The notes: generated by a model not told the origin, from the letters alone. A stretch of 48,117 bases of DNA from Tepidisphaerales bacterium (GCA_038224615.1 JBBRFH010000001.1:1-48117); one strand, 5' to 3'. Positions 25,753 through 35,810 are shown, numbered from the stretch's first letter. Made by a program: numbers and translations.

Positions 25753-25971
25753 ATGACAACGCGATTGGCGCAGGTAATCGAGCGACTTCAGGAACTGCCC
25801 GCCGAGCAGCAGGACGTGGTCGCCGGGTTCATCCTGCATGAACTCAACGAGGACGACCGCTGGCTCAAGACAACAGCCGAGCACGAGGGGAAACTCGGTG
25901 GGCTGGTGGCAGATGTTCTCCGCGCAGATACGAACGGCGAATGCGACGATCTTGATCCCGAGAAACTGTGA
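25753..25971 (+). CDS. putative antitoxin (72 aa)
   Basis: Small acidic protein whose stop overlaps the GTG start of the RelE/ParE-like gene (GTGA). The role is inferred from position. Confidence 0.5.
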   Translation: MTTRLAQVIERLQELPAEQQDVVAGFILHELNEDDRWLKTTAEHEGKLGGLVADVLRADTNGECDDLDPEKL

Positions 25972-26237
25972 TCTCCCGCCGCCATCCGCACTTCAAGCGT
26001 GATTTCGCCCGCCTGCCGAAGCAAGTGCAGCAGCAGGCCCGCGAAGCGTATCGACGGTTCAAATGCGATCCGCAGCATCCGGGGATCGAGTTCAAAAAGC
26101 TTCACACGGCGCAGCCGCTTTGGTCGGTTCGCATTAATGACAGCTATCGCGCCGTTGGCGTGCGAGACGGCGAAAAAGTGATCTGGTTTTTCATTGGCAC
26201 GCATGCCCAGTACGACCAGATCCTCCGTAATCTTTAA
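25968..26237 (+). CDS. RelE/ParE-superfamily toxin
   Basis: 89 aa. F.RDFARLPK...FKKLH..QPLWSVRINDSYRAVGVRDGEKVIWFFIGTHAQYD is the typical RelE/ParE-like pattern. Confidence 0.6.
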   Translation: MISRRHPHFKRDFARLPKQVQQQAREAYRRFKCDPQHPGIEFKKLHTAQPLWSVRINDSYRAVGVRDGEKVIWFFIGTHAQYDQILRNL

Positions 26238-26292
26238 GGCCGAACGGCACGCAATAGCGTGCCCCACGAAGACTCCGTCGATATACTGAGCG

Positions 26293-26901
26293 GTGATGTC
26301 CGAGTCGCCGGCACAACGTCGCTACACGATCGCCGAGTACTTGGATTTGGAGACGGCATCCGTTTCCCGGCACGAGTACCATGACGGTCTGATCGTCGCG
26401 ATGGCGGGCGGATCGCCACGGCATGCACTCGTGATCGCAAACGCCATGGGGGCGATCGGATCGGCGCTGAAGGGTAAGCCCTGCCGAGCGTATAGCTCCG
26501 ATCTGAAGGTTTACTCGCCGCACAATCGCAGCTTCGTCTATCCCGACATCTCGGTCGTCTGTGGCCCGTTGGAACACGGACCCGCCACGCGCGATCAGGG
26601 AAGTGTGACGAACCCGACGCTGACTGTGGAGGTCTTGTCGCCGGCGACCGAAGGCTATGACCGAGGGCGAAAGTTCGCCGGGTATCGGGCGCTCGGAAGC
26701 TTTCGCGAATATGTCCTGGTTTCAACTGACGAGCCACGTATCGAAACCTGCTTTCGCGAAGATGACGGCCGGTGGGTGATGGGTTTCGTCGAGGGACTGC
26801 AGGCAGCCATCACCCTCAGGAGCGTCGGCATCACGTTATCGCTTGCAGTGGTCTATGCCGGCGTTGAGTTCGAGACGCCCCTTCCGCCGCCATTGGGGTA
26901 G
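26293..26901 (+). CDS. Uma2-family (DUF820) endonuclease
   Basis: YTIAEYLDLE...HEYHDGLIVAMAGGSPRH...YPDISVVCG...PTLTVEVLSPATEGYDRGRKF.YRALGSFREYVLV is the Uma2 PD-(D/E)xK pattern. Confidence 0.8.
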   Translation: MMSESPAQRRYTIAEYLDLETASVSRHEYHDGLIVAMAGGSPRHALVIANAMGAIGSALKGKPCRAYSSDLKVYSPHNRSFVYPDISVVCGPLEHGPATRDQGSVTNPTLTVEVLSPATEGYDRGRKFAGYRALGSFREYVLVSTDEPRIETCFREDDGRWVMGFVEGLQAAITLRSVGITLSLAVVYAGVEFETPLPPPLG

Positions 26902-26934
26902 CGTCGCTGCGCGCTCCTCCCTACACTTCCGTCC

Positions 26935-27681
26935 ATGTCCGAGCCGAAGATTCAAGTTCATCCCGATGCGGAGGCGATTGTCGAAGACGTCGCCGAGCGG
27001 TTGTTTGCGGTGTACAAGCAGTGCGTCGACCAGGGGCTGATGTTCTCGCTGTTTTTGTCAGGTGGATCGACGCCGAAGGCGCTGTACAAGTTGCTGGCGA
27101 GCGATCCGTTCAGGAGCGCGATCGACTGGAAGTCTGTCGAGTTGTACTTCGGCGACGAGCGCAGCGTGCCGCCGGATTCGGAGCTGTCGAATTACCGGAT
27201 GGCGAAGGAAGCGCTGATCAATCACGTGCCGATCCCCCTCGACAACGTCTATCGCATGAAAGGCGAGATCGACCCCGAAGAGGCCGCCAGGCAGTACGGG
27301 CAGATGCTGAAGGAGAAGTTCATCGACGAAGGCCCGGACGTGCTGCTGCTCGGCATGGGCGACGACGGGCACACGGCGTCGCTCTTCCCGGGGACGACGG
27401 CGCTGACCGAGACGCATCACCGCTGCGTCGCCAACCACGTCCCGCACGACTACATCCCGGCCGGCACGAACTGGCGGATCACGCTGACGTTTCCGTTCAT
27501 CAATCGCTCGCGCGAGATCTATATCCTTGCCACCGGCGCCAGCAAGGCCAAGCGCATCGAAGAAGTGCTGCTCGGCGATGAAGACGTCAACCGCCTCCCC
27601 ATCCGCGGCGTCCGCCCTGAGCCCGGCCAAGTCACATGGTTCATGGACGTGGCGGCGGCGGGCATGGAGGACGAGGAATGA
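26935..27681 (+). CDS. pgl: 6-phosphogluconolactonase
   Basis: LSGGSTPKALY, YFGDERSVPPD and LLLGMGDDGHTASLFPG motifs. Confidence 0.9.
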   Translation: MSEPKIQVHPDAEAIVEDVAERLFAVYKQCVDQGLMFSLFLSGGSTPKALYKLLASDPFRSAIDWKSVELYFGDERSVPPDSELSNYRMAKEALINHVPIPLDNVYRMKGEIDPEEAARQYGQMLKEKFIDEGPDVLLLGMGDDGHTASLFPGTTALTETHHRCVANHVPHDYIPAGTNWRITLTFPFINRSREIYILATGASKAKRIEEVLLGDEDVNRLPIRGVRPEPGQVTWFMDVAAAGMEDEE

Positions 27682-27754
27682 CCAATGAAAAATGACCAAT
27701 GACCACTGCAGGCGCCTGCCCTCATTGGTCATTGGTCATTATTCATTGGTCATT
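27677..27754. repeat. hairpin repeat built from GACCAATGA units
   Basis: AATGACCAATGAAAAATGACCAATGACCA .. TCATTGGTCATTGGTCATTATTCATTGGTCATT. It overlaps the pgl stop codon. Confidence 0.85.
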
Positions 27755-27764
27755 ACGTCATCCC

Positions 27765-28859
27765 ATGACGTCATTCAAACTTTATCATGTTCGCGGGCAT
27801 AACGTCGGCCAGACGCTGGCGCAGATGCTGCGCAAGATCTATGCGGCTAAAAGCTGGCAGGAGATCAAGCAGCTTGTCATCACGCGCAAGGTCGAGATCA
27901 ATGGCAATCTCTGCACCGATGAGACGCGACGTCTCAAGGCCGGCGAGATCATCCGCATTCATGAGCAATCGCTCGCCAAGCCTCCCGACGAGCAGCGGCT
28001 GATCATCCGCTACCAGGACGAGCATCTTCTCGTGGTCGAAAAGCCCGCCGGCGTGACGACGCTGCGGCATCGCGAGGAAGAGCACTGGGACGAGAAGCGC
28101 AAGAACCGCCAGCCGACGCTGGAGGAGATGCTGCAGAAGCTCATCAGCGTACACGGCGTGAGCCGGATGCCCGGCCGCGGCGCGGGGCACCCGCTGCAGA
28201 AATCACGCAAGGAACTTAACAACAAGATCAACCGCGGCAAGGCGCAGCTCACGGTGCGCCCCGTGCATCGCCTGGATCGCGAGACCAGTGGCCTGATGAT
28301 CTTCGCGCTCAGCGCAGCGGCGGAGCAGGCGCTGACGCAGTTGTTCTCCAAACATAAGATCGACCGCGCGTATCTCGCGGTCGTACACGGCATCATCGAC
28401 GGCCCGCGCACGATCGAAACCAAGTTCACCCGCGATCGAGGCGACGGACTGCGCGGCTCGCTGCCGCAGGGAAAGGACGCCGAGGACGCCAAGGTGGCGA
28501 TCACGCGCTACAAGCCCGTGCGTCCGTTGCAAGGCGGTGCGCTCGGCGACTTCACGTTGATCGAGTGCCGCCTCGAGACCGGCCGTACCCACCAGATCCG
28601 CATCCATCTCGCCGAGGCCGGCCACATGCTCTGCGGCGAAGAAATCTACACCCGCCCGCTCGGTGGCGAGGTGTTCAAGGACATCAGCGGCGCGCCGCGC
28701 CACGCGCTGCATGCGTACAAACTCGCGTTCAGCCATCCGATCACGCAACAACCGATGACGTTCGAGCAGAAGATGCCGAGCGACCTCGGCCGATGGATCG
28801 CACGAATCGAAAAAGCCCTCGAAGAGCAGGCGAAGGCAACGCAGGAAAGCCCGGATTGA
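27765..28859 (+). CDS. RluA-family pseudouridine synthase with S4 domain (RluD-like)
   Basis: ATG 27765 (MTSFKLYHV). LLVVEKPAGVTT, VHRLDRETSGLMIFA and GRTHQIRIHLA motifs. Confidence 0.88.
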   Translation: MTSFKLYHVRGHNVGQTLAQMLRKIYAAKSWQEIKQLVITRKVEINGNLCTDETRRLKAGEIIRIHEQSLAKPPDEQRLIIRYQDEHLLVVEKPAGVTTLRHREEEHWDEKRKNRQPTLEEMLQKLISVHGVSRMPGRGAGHPLQKSRKELNNKINRGKAQLTVRPVHRLDRETSGLMIFALSAAAEQALTQLFSKHKIDRAYLAVVHGIIDGPRTIETKFTRDRGDGLRGSLPQGKDAEDAKVAITRYKPVRPLQGGALGDFTLIECRLETGRTHQIRIHLAEAGHMLCGEEIYTRPLGGEVFKDISGAPRHALHAYKLAFSHPITQQPMTFEQKMPSDLGRWIARIEKALEEQAKATQESPD

Positions 28860-29401
28860 CGCAAATCCGCGTGTGCCGCGTCACCCTTCCCGTCGCGCAG
28901 ACAAAACACGCGTCACCCGCCAACGCCAGTTGCGGCGGCGGGCATGGGCAGACGTCGTGCCTCTTTGTGTCGCCGGGCGCGGTGCTGCTGTCGGCGGGGC
29001 AGACCGGGGGGAGCACCTGCACTCCAAATCCACGCTGCGCCGGCTCGCCCAGACAGAGCCGAGGCGGCACGTGAAGAACGGCTTCGATCCTTCGACAACG
29101 CACGCCGGCGAACCGCAACGGCATCTACGTCCCGCTCGTCCTGGAATCCGCCGCCCCGCAGATGTCGCTCACGCTGACCCTCGCCCGCCGCCAACAGGCA
29201 CTCCTGTTGACCCCTTTGCACTGTCGCTTTGAATTGTCCGACTTGGCGGGTGTATGAAGCACCGCGAAGCCGGTTTAACCCCGATTTTAACCAATTGTCA
29301 CGATCAACTGCCAACACTGTGGAAGCGGTCAAGCGGCACGTTGCCGTGAGGCCCAACTTTTCTACCCATGCCGCGCCACACAGGCGGGCAGGAGACTTCG
29401 A

Positions 29402-30115
29402 ATGAATGCTTACACAGAATCCGACCGTAGCGACGTTGCTGAAACCCGATTCCACGTGCTACGTGACGGCGTGCGTTGGGGCCCCATTCTCGCGGGCACC
29501 GCGGTTTAGCTGACCGTACTTGCCATCATGGCGACCATCGGCGCAGCGATCGGGATGAGTTCATACGACCGAGGAGAGGATAACCTGCGGAACTTCGCTC
29601 TGGTCGGCGGGATGTGGGGGCTTGTGAGCACGGTCGTCGCGTTCGTCGTCGGCGGGTACGTCGCTGGACGCAGTTCTCCGGTTTTCGCTCGTCACAACGG
29701 TCTATCGAGCAGAGGCGTGACGAGCAATGGCGTCATGAACGGCGTTTTGGTTGCGGCAGTGGCAATTCCACTAATGCTCTACATTGCGGGAAGTGCCGCG
29801 ACGTCGATGGCCGCCGCAGAGATCGCTAACAATCGCGGCGTGTCGGATCGCGCTGTCGCGGACCGCGCACGGGTCGACAACGCCGCAACGGTCACCACGC
29901 CCGTTGCCAACGAAAACGCCTCGGCCGATCGCACTCGCAACGCCGACGGCGCACGGGATGATGCCGCCAAAACCGCGTGGACAACCCTCATCGGTATGAT
30001 CCTCGCGCTCGCGGCCGCTGCCGCGGGTGGATACTTCTCCCGCCGCGACAGCGACACCGGCGAACGCGCCACGCACACAACCGGACGCGAGCACACCGCG
30101 ACGAATCCTGTCTAA
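29402..30115 (+). pseudogene. polytopic membrane protein interrupted by one in-frame TAG
   Basis: GGAG lies 7 nt before ATG 29402. After 35 codons (..WGPILAGTAV) comes TAG at 29507-29509, then the same frame continues LTVLAIMATIGAAIG... into track ORF 29528..30115. The stop sits inside a predicted TM helix. Confidence 0.5.
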
Positions 30116-30390
30116 CCGACGGACTGCGGCGAGTTGCCCCAATCGTGGCCGATAGGGCGGGCGGACTGCCCGCCCTATCCGCTGATCCGGTGCCCCGGAA
30201 ATGCCCTCTGAAGTCCCGCAACGCCCGCATCCGTCACTCGCGTGCCCGAAAGGGTTCAGTCCCGCATGGCACGCTATCTGCGTGCCGTTTCGTCGCCCTT
30301 GTAGAGGCGGCACGGAAGTGGCGTTCCCCGACGGCTCACGAAGACCATTGATCTCAGACGCTCACCGTCCGCGATCGCTTTACACAAATA

Positions 30391-30503
30391 GTCTGGCTTC
30401 TGACGCGAAGGCGTAAGCGACGTCCGCGTTGACATACGGCGATGGGTAGTCGCTTGCGCCTTCGCGGGCTTTTGTGTGCAAAAGACGGTCGCGCAGAAAA
30501 GCC
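30391..30503 (+). repeat. ~115-nt structured dispersed repeat (copy i2)
   Basis: Same family and orientation as 10488-10600 and 35694-35810. It ends 125 nt upstream of the gnd start. Confidence 0.85.
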
Positions 30504-30627
30504 TCTTCGCCAGCTCTCCTCCGGCGTACCGGGAGAGCGAGCCAGACGTACATGCGGTTGCCAAACGCTCCCAAAACTTCACAATGGCGCGTCCTGACAC
30601 GGGGAAAACACGCAATAAGGAACGCAC

Positions 30628-32139
30628 ATGAGCCTGCAACAATTCGGCATCGTCGGTCTGGAAGTCATGGGGCGCAACATCGCGCTGAACATTGAGGAGA
30701 AGGGCTTTCCGATCGCGGTCTACAACCGCACGACGAGCAAGGCCGAGGAGTTTGTGAAGGACAACCCCGGAAAGAACATCAAGATGGGTGCCACGCCGCA
30801 GCAGTTCGTGGCGCTGCTGGAGAAGCCGCGGAAGATCCTGTTGATGGTGAAGGCGGGCTTCGCGACCGACGCGACGATCGATGCGCTCAAGCCGTTCCTC
30901 GAGCCCGGCGACATCCTGATCGACGGCGGCAACGCGCTGTATACCGATACCGAACGCCGTGAGAACACGCTGCGTCCGACCGGCCTGAAGTTCTTCGGCA
31001 TGGGCGTCTCCGGCGGCGAAGAGGGCGCACGGCACGGGCCGTCGATGATGCCGGGCGGGGATCGCGAATCGTACAACTATCTCAAGCCGATCCTCGACAA
31101 GATCGCCGCCAAAGCCCCCAGCGACGGCGTGCCGTGCGTCACCTACTGCGGCGAACGCTCGGCCGGGCACTTCGTGAAGATGGTCCACAACGGCATCGAG
31201 TACGGCGATATGCAGCTCATCGCCGAGGCCTACGACCTGCTCAAAAACGTCGGCGGGCTCGACAACAAGCAGCTCAAGGAAGTCTTCGAGGAATGGAACG
31301 CCAGCGAGCTTAAGAGCTTCCTCATCGACATCACCGCGAAAGTCATCGACTCCGCCGACCCCGAAGGAAAAGGGGCGCTGGTCGAGCAGATCCGCGACGT
31401 GGTCGGCATGAAGGGCACCGGCACGTGGACGATCAAGGCCGGCCTTGATCTGCTCGTCCCCCTGCCCACGATGGCGGCGGCGGTGGACATGCGCGAGATC
31501 TCGATGCTGAAGGACCAGCGCGTCGCCGCGAGCAAGGTGCTGAGCGGGCCCAGGCCCAAGGCGCTCAGCGGCGAGGTGAAGGCGTTCATCAAGGACGTGA
31601 AGGACGCGCTCTACTGTTCGAAGATCTGCTCCTACGCCCAGGGCATGGCGCTGCTGGCTGCGGCCAATCGCAGCACCAAGGACGGCGGGTTCGACTACAA
31701 GATGACGCTGCCGGATTTGCCGATGATCTGGCGCGCCGGCTGCATCATCCGGGCGGTGTTCCTCGAGGACATCACGCAGGCGTTTAAGAAGAACCCGTCG
31801 CTGGTGAATCTGCTGGTGGATGAGAGCTTCAACAAGAAGATCGCCGAGCGACAGGAGGCGTGGCGTCGCGTGGTGAAGGCCGGCATCGACAACGGCATCG
31901 GGCTGACGGCGTTCAGCGCGTCGCTGGCGTACTACGACAGCTACCGCCGCGAACGGCTGCCGGGGAATCTGATCCAGGCGCAGCGCGACTTCTTCGGTGC
32001 CCACACCTACGAACGCACGACGAACCCGGGCACGTTCATCCACACCGAATGGAGCGCTTCGCAGACTGCCCACGAAGTGCCGACAACGGGTCACGGCGCG
32101 ACGCAGGTCGGCACGCGCGAGCAGCCGAAGGGCGATTGA
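30628..32139 (+). CDS. gnd: 6-phosphogluconate dehydrogenase (decarboxylating)
   Basis: GIVGLEVMGRNIALN, GMGVSGGEEGARHGPSMMPGG, HFVKMVHNGIEYGDMQ and GAHTYER motifs. Confidence 0.95.
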   Translation: MSLQQFGIVGLEVMGRNIALNIEEKGFPIAVYNRTTSKAEEFVKDNPGKNIKMGATPQQFVALLEKPRKILLMVKAGFATDATIDALKPFLEPGDILIDGGNALYTDTERRENTLRPTGLKFFGMGVSGGEEGARHGPSMMPGGDRESYNYLKPILDKIAAKAPSDGVPCVTYCGERSAGHFVKMVHNGIEYGDMQLIAEAYDLLKNVGGLDNKQLKEVFEEWNASELKSFLIDITAKVIDSADPEGKGALVEQIRDVVGMKGTGTWTIKAGLDLLVPLPTMAAAVDMREISMLKDQRVAASKVLSGPRPKALSGEVKAFIKDVKDALYCSKICSYAQGMALLAAANRSTKDGGFDYKMTLPDLPMIWRAGCIIRAVFLEDITQAFKKNPSLVNLLVDESFNKKIAERQEAWRRVVKAGIDNGIGLTAFSASLAYYDSYRRERLPGNLIQAQRDFFGAHTYERTTNPGTFIHTEWSASQTAHEVPTTGHGATQVGTREQPKGD

Positions 32140-32202
32140 CGCGGTTGGGTGCGATTCACCGCACGGTGTCTGCGAATGGTGCGATGAATCGCACCCTACG
32201 AT

Positions 32203-33522
32203 ATGAAAGTTCTCGCTATCGACATCGGCTCGTCGTCCGTGAAGGCCGCCGTGCTCACCGGCGACGGGGTGCCGGCGTCGATCGCGCGGGCGACGTTCGC
32301 AACGCGATACGAAGCCGGGCGTGCGGAGGTCGACGCCGGCGTCATCGAGCGGGCGCTGTATGACGCCGTCGGGCAGTTATCGGTGCGCGGCGTCGACCTG
32401 ATCGCGCCCACCGGCATGGCCCCGAGCTGGCTGGCGATGGACCGGCGCGGCCGGGCGATCACGCCGGTGGTCACGCACCAGGACCGGCGCAGCCTCGACG
32501 AGGCGATCGCGATTCAGAAGGCGATCGGCGCCGCGCGGCACCTGCGACTCACCGGAAACAACCCCGTGCCCGGCGGGATCAGCTCGACGACGTATCGGTG
32601 GTTTAATGCCCACGCCCGTGGTGCGATGAAAAAGGCCGATCTGGTCGGGCATCTGAACACCTGGCTGCTGCGATCGTGGTGCGGCGTGCGGGCGATCGAC
32701 ACCAGCAACGCCAGCTTTACCGGGCTGTTCAACACCTGCACGCTCAAGGGATGGAGCGCGGAATTGATCGAGGCGGCCGGCGCGAAAGCGGCGCATTTAC
32801 CGGCGATTTTCGAGGCCAACCAGATCGTCGGCCGGTTGACCGAATCGGCGGCGGGGCGGCTCGGTGTCGGCGGTGGCACTCCCGTCCTCGCCGGCATCAT
32901 GGACGGCAGTTGTGCGATGCTGCTGGCGGGCGCGGAGCAGGGGCAGGCAGTACATGTGATGGGTTCGACGGACGTGCTCGCCGTCTGCACCGATCGCGCT
33001 CGGCCGTGCGCCGATCTGCTGACGCGGGCGCTCGGCGTCGGGCCCAAGTGGCTGAGCGTCGGCACGATCGCGGCGTCGGGCAGCGCCATCGAATGGGTGC
33101 GGCAGCAGATGTTCCGCGATCTTCCCGACGATGCGTTCTATGCCCTGTTGGAGTCGATCGCGACGCAGCGGTCGCAACAGTCAAAAACAAGCGTGGCGTT
33201 CAGCGCCGATTTCGTCGGCTCGCGTACCGCGGTTGAATCGACCCGCGCGTGCATCGCGAATCTGGACCTCGGCGCCACGCGTGAGCAACTGCTCGATTCG
33301 CTCTGCGAGAGCCTCGCCGTCGCGAGTTGGCATCGGTTGGTCCGGTACGGAGAACTGAAGCTGCGGCTCAAGCCGACGATTCTCACCAGCGGCGGCAAGC
33401 AGCGGTCGTTGGCAACGATCTTGCATCGGCACTGGCACAAGGCCGGGCGGTTTCGTTTCGTCGAGCAGGACGAGCCCACGCTTCGCGGGCTGTGGAAGCT
33501 GGCGCAGATCGCAAAGCAGTAG
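32203..33522 (+). CDS. FGGY-family carbohydrate kinase
   Basis: MKVLAIDIGSSSVKAAV N-terminal ATPase motif and size. The substrate is not assignable; the pgl/gnd context hints at gluconate or a pentulose. Confidence 0.75.
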   Translation: MKVLAIDIGSSSVKAAVLTGDGVPASIARATFATRYEAGRAEVDAGVIERALYDAVGQLSVRGVDLIAPTGMAPSWLAMDRRGRAITPVVTHQDRRSLDEAIAIQKAIGAARHLRLTGNNPVPGGISSTTYRWFNAHARGAMKKADLVGHLNTWLLRSWCGVRAIDTSNASFTGLFNTCTLKGWSAELIEAAGAKAAHLPAIFEANQIVGRLTESAAGRLGVGGGTPVLAGIMDGSCAMLLAGAEQGQAVHVMGSTDVLAVCTDRARPCADLLTRALGVGPKWLSVGTIAASGSAIEWVRQQMFRDLPDDAFYALLESIATQRSQQSKTSVAFSADFVGSRTAVESTRACIANLDLGATREQLLDSLCESLAVASWHRLVRYGELKLRLKPTILTSGGKQRSLATILHRHWHKAGRFRFVEQDEPTLRGLWKLAQIAKQ

Positions 33523-33558
33523 CAGCTTAGCAATCGTGCCGAAGGATTGAACAACCCC

Positions 33559-33642
33559 GTCATCCTGAACGCAGTGAAGGACCTACTGGCTTCGTAAAGG
33601 CGTTAACGTGTCGGGCAGATCCTTCACTTCGTTCAGGATGAC
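33559..33642. repeat. hairpin repeat, GTCATCCTGAACGnAGTGAAGGA family (copy 2)
   Basis: GTCATCCTGAACGCAGTGAAGGA .. ATCCTTCACTTCGTTCAGGATGAC, between convergent genes. Confidence 0.85.
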
Positions 33643-33792
33643 ACGTTTCTAATGCCGGGTCTCCATTACTGAGTTTCTCGCGCACTGATACGGAAGCTGC
33701 TGATGAGCGTCATTCGGCGCACGAAAAAACCCCTCGCACCGGTGAAGGCACGAGGGGCTGTATTTTAGACCACGGCGTCCGTGACGCGTGGG

Positions 33793-35580
33793 TTACAAGT
33801 TTCCGCCGCCTCCGCCGCGCTGCATTTGCATGAACGCCTGCATGCCGGCGGCGATGATCGCCTGCACGGTGCTGCTGGGGACGTGGACATCGACGCGGAT
33901 CGACGTGCCGTCCGTGCCCATGGTCGCGCCGATGGGCGGGAGTTCCGGCGGCAACTGCACCTGCACCGGCAGGCCGAACTGGCCGGCGGTGGCGATGCCA
34001 GTGTTGACCATCTCGTCGAGCGCCACGTAGTACTCGACGACGCGCGTCTTGGGCAGTTGGTCGGTCACGACCTTGACGTGCTCGAGCTTGGACAGGCTGT
34101 CTTCCTTCGCCTGCGACGCCTTGATGAACTTGCCGATCGTCGCATCGGGTGCCCCGACGGTGAGGATGAAATCCTTGTCGCCGAGCGGGGCAGTGTTGTA
34201 GGCGATGCCTTCGGGGCCGTAGAAGATCGCCAGCATCTGCTCCGCCTGGGCGGCCATGGGATCGTCCGGCGAGGCGGGGAAGTCGAACTTGAGCGTGTCG
34301 AAGGTCACGCCCTCGATCTGCTTGCTGTTAAGCGTCTGCGTGCATTCGGGCTTCTTCTTCCCTTCAGGAACCTTGAGGTCGGCGAGGAAGGTCTTGAGGA
34401 CGGCGACGCCTTCCGTGGAGAGCTGCTTCATCTCCTTGCCACCGCCGTGGTAGACGGTGATCTGCTGGAGAACGGCTTCCTTGCCGGGCTCGGTCGGCGC
34501 GGGCATGCCGATGGTGAAGCCGGTGTTGGCTTTGATGGCGGCGCGCATCGTGTCGGCAAGCTTGCCGACGCCTTCCATGCCTTCGATCTTCTTCAATTCG
34601 TCGAGGATCGGGTCGACCAGATCGTCAATGACCTTCGCCGAGGCGCCGGCGGTGTATTCGCTGCCGCCGAAGAACAGATATTTGCCGGCGGGCAGGCCGA
34701 CGGTCAAGGGCTTGTCGGTCCCCTTGAAATCAGCGGCAAACTTGCCGAGGTAGCTGTCAGGCTTAAACGCGCTGAGCAGGGTGAAGTTCATTCCCTGCTC
34801 GTTGATGTTCAGGCCCACCGTCGCGCCGTCGCTGTCGTTCAGGAACGACTTGGCAAGCCAGACGAACTGCTTGAGCGTCGTCTTTAGCAACGGCTTGTAC
34901 TTGGCGTCGATCTCCTTGTTTTCCTTGTCGATCTCGCCCATCGCCTTGTCGACGAATTTGTCGAACTCGGGCATCACCTCGGGCGTGATCTTGGCGAAGT
35001 TGGCATAGAGGACGAAATCCTGCCGCGCCGCTTCCTTGGTCGGCAAGGCGGAGAGCTTGAGCGTGTCGGCGGGCTTGGCGAGCAGTTCCTTCGACGGACT
35101 CATCGCGGCGTAGGCGCCCCAGTTGGCGACGAAGCGCGGCGCGTCGCGTCCGGGATTGCCGGGGAAATCGACTTCGGTGATGTCGCCGTCGGCCTTGGCA
35201 CCCTCGAAGTTGCCGATGAAGTCGCCGTAGTTCGAGACGGGGACCAGGATGACGATCGAGTGGTCTCCGCTCAATCCTGTTGCCTTGGGCGAGAGGAACG
35301 CAAAGCCGAACTCGCCGTCTTCCTTCAGGCCCTTCTGGATGCCGAGCTTCTGCTTCAACGACGCGAGCGGGTCCTGCATCTGTGGGACGAAATTGGCGAT
35401 CGCGAAGTCGTTGGCGAGCTGTCCCACCTTCTTGCTCGTCGCGGCAAGGTTGGCAACCTTGACTGCGACCAGCGTGTCGGAGGGGAATTGCTCAAGAACG
35501 TCGGCGCGGGCGAACGGCACAAAAGTCGCCAGAGCAGCGATCGTGAGTGCGGCGAGCCGGCAGGTCTTCAATTTTCGCAT
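33793..35580 (-). CDS. secreted hypothetical protein (595 aa)
   Basis: ORF 33793..35817(-) trimmed to ATG 35580 (MRKLKTCRLAALTIAALATFVPFARA signal peptide). The upstream extension is a translated dispersed repeat. No family recognised. Confidence 0.7.
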   Translation of the reverse strand: MRKLKTCRLAALTIAALATFVPFARADVLEQFPSDTLVAVKVANLAATSKKVGQLANDFAIANFVPQMQDPLASLKQKLGIQKGLKEDGEFGFAFLSPKATGLSGDHSIVILVPVSNYGDFIGNFEGAKADGDITEVDFPGNPGRDAPRFVANWGAYAAMSPSKELLAKPADTLKLSALPTKEAARQDFVLYANFAKITPEVMPEFDKFVDKAMGEIDKENKEIDAKYKPLLKTTLKQFVWLAKSFLNDSDGATVGLNINEQGMNFTLLSAFKPDSYLGKFAADFKGTDKPLTVGLPAGKYLFFGGSEYTAGASAKVIDDLVDPILDELKKIEGMEGVGKLADTMRAAIKANTGFTIGMPAPTEPGKEAVLQQITVYHGGGKEMKQLSTEGVAVLKTFLADLKVPEGKKKPECTQTLNSKQIEGVTFDTLKFDFPASPDDPMAAQAEQMLAIFYGPEGIAYNTAPLGDKDFILTVGAPDATIGKFIKASQAKEDSLSKLEHVKVVTDQLPKTRVVEYYVALDEMVNTGIATAGQFGLPVQVQLPPELPPIGATMGTDGTSIRVDVHVPSSTVQAIIAAGMQAFMQMQRGGGGGNL

Positions 35581-35693
35581 GGATCTCCCAAGGTTGGTTG
35601 GTTCATTCTGAACGCGGGCGATGACGCTAACACGCGACCGGCGCACGGTCAACGATTCATTCGCCGCACTGTCGCGATAGCGTTGCAGAAAAA

Positions 35694-35810
35694 GTCTGGC
35701 TTCTGCCGCGAAGGCGAAAGCGACGTGCGCCTTGGTATGCGATGATCGGTAGTCGCTTGCGCCTTCGCGGGCATTTGTGTGTGCAACGGTCGGTCCCAAA
35801 GAAAAGCCCC
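35694..35810 (+). repeat. ~115-nt structured dispersed repeat (copy i3)
   Basis: Same family and orientation as i1 and i2. Confidence 0.85.

Noticed and set aside
28860-29400. ~540-nt gap with ORFs 28873-29232 (+), 28913-29455 (-) and 28944-29177 (+)
   Set aside because: All three translations are Arg/Pro/Ala-rich with no motifs, RBS or family resemblance. The interval was left unannotated. It may hold a promoter or leader for the membrane-protein gene.
30274-32094. 606-aa minus-strand ORF, the longest non-called ORF
   Set aside because: It is antisense to gnd, whose identity is beyond doubt. The same reasoning applies to 24374-25333 (metF), 33781-34887, 35657-36766, 37433-38449, 38745-39782, 42324-43697 and 46018-47124.
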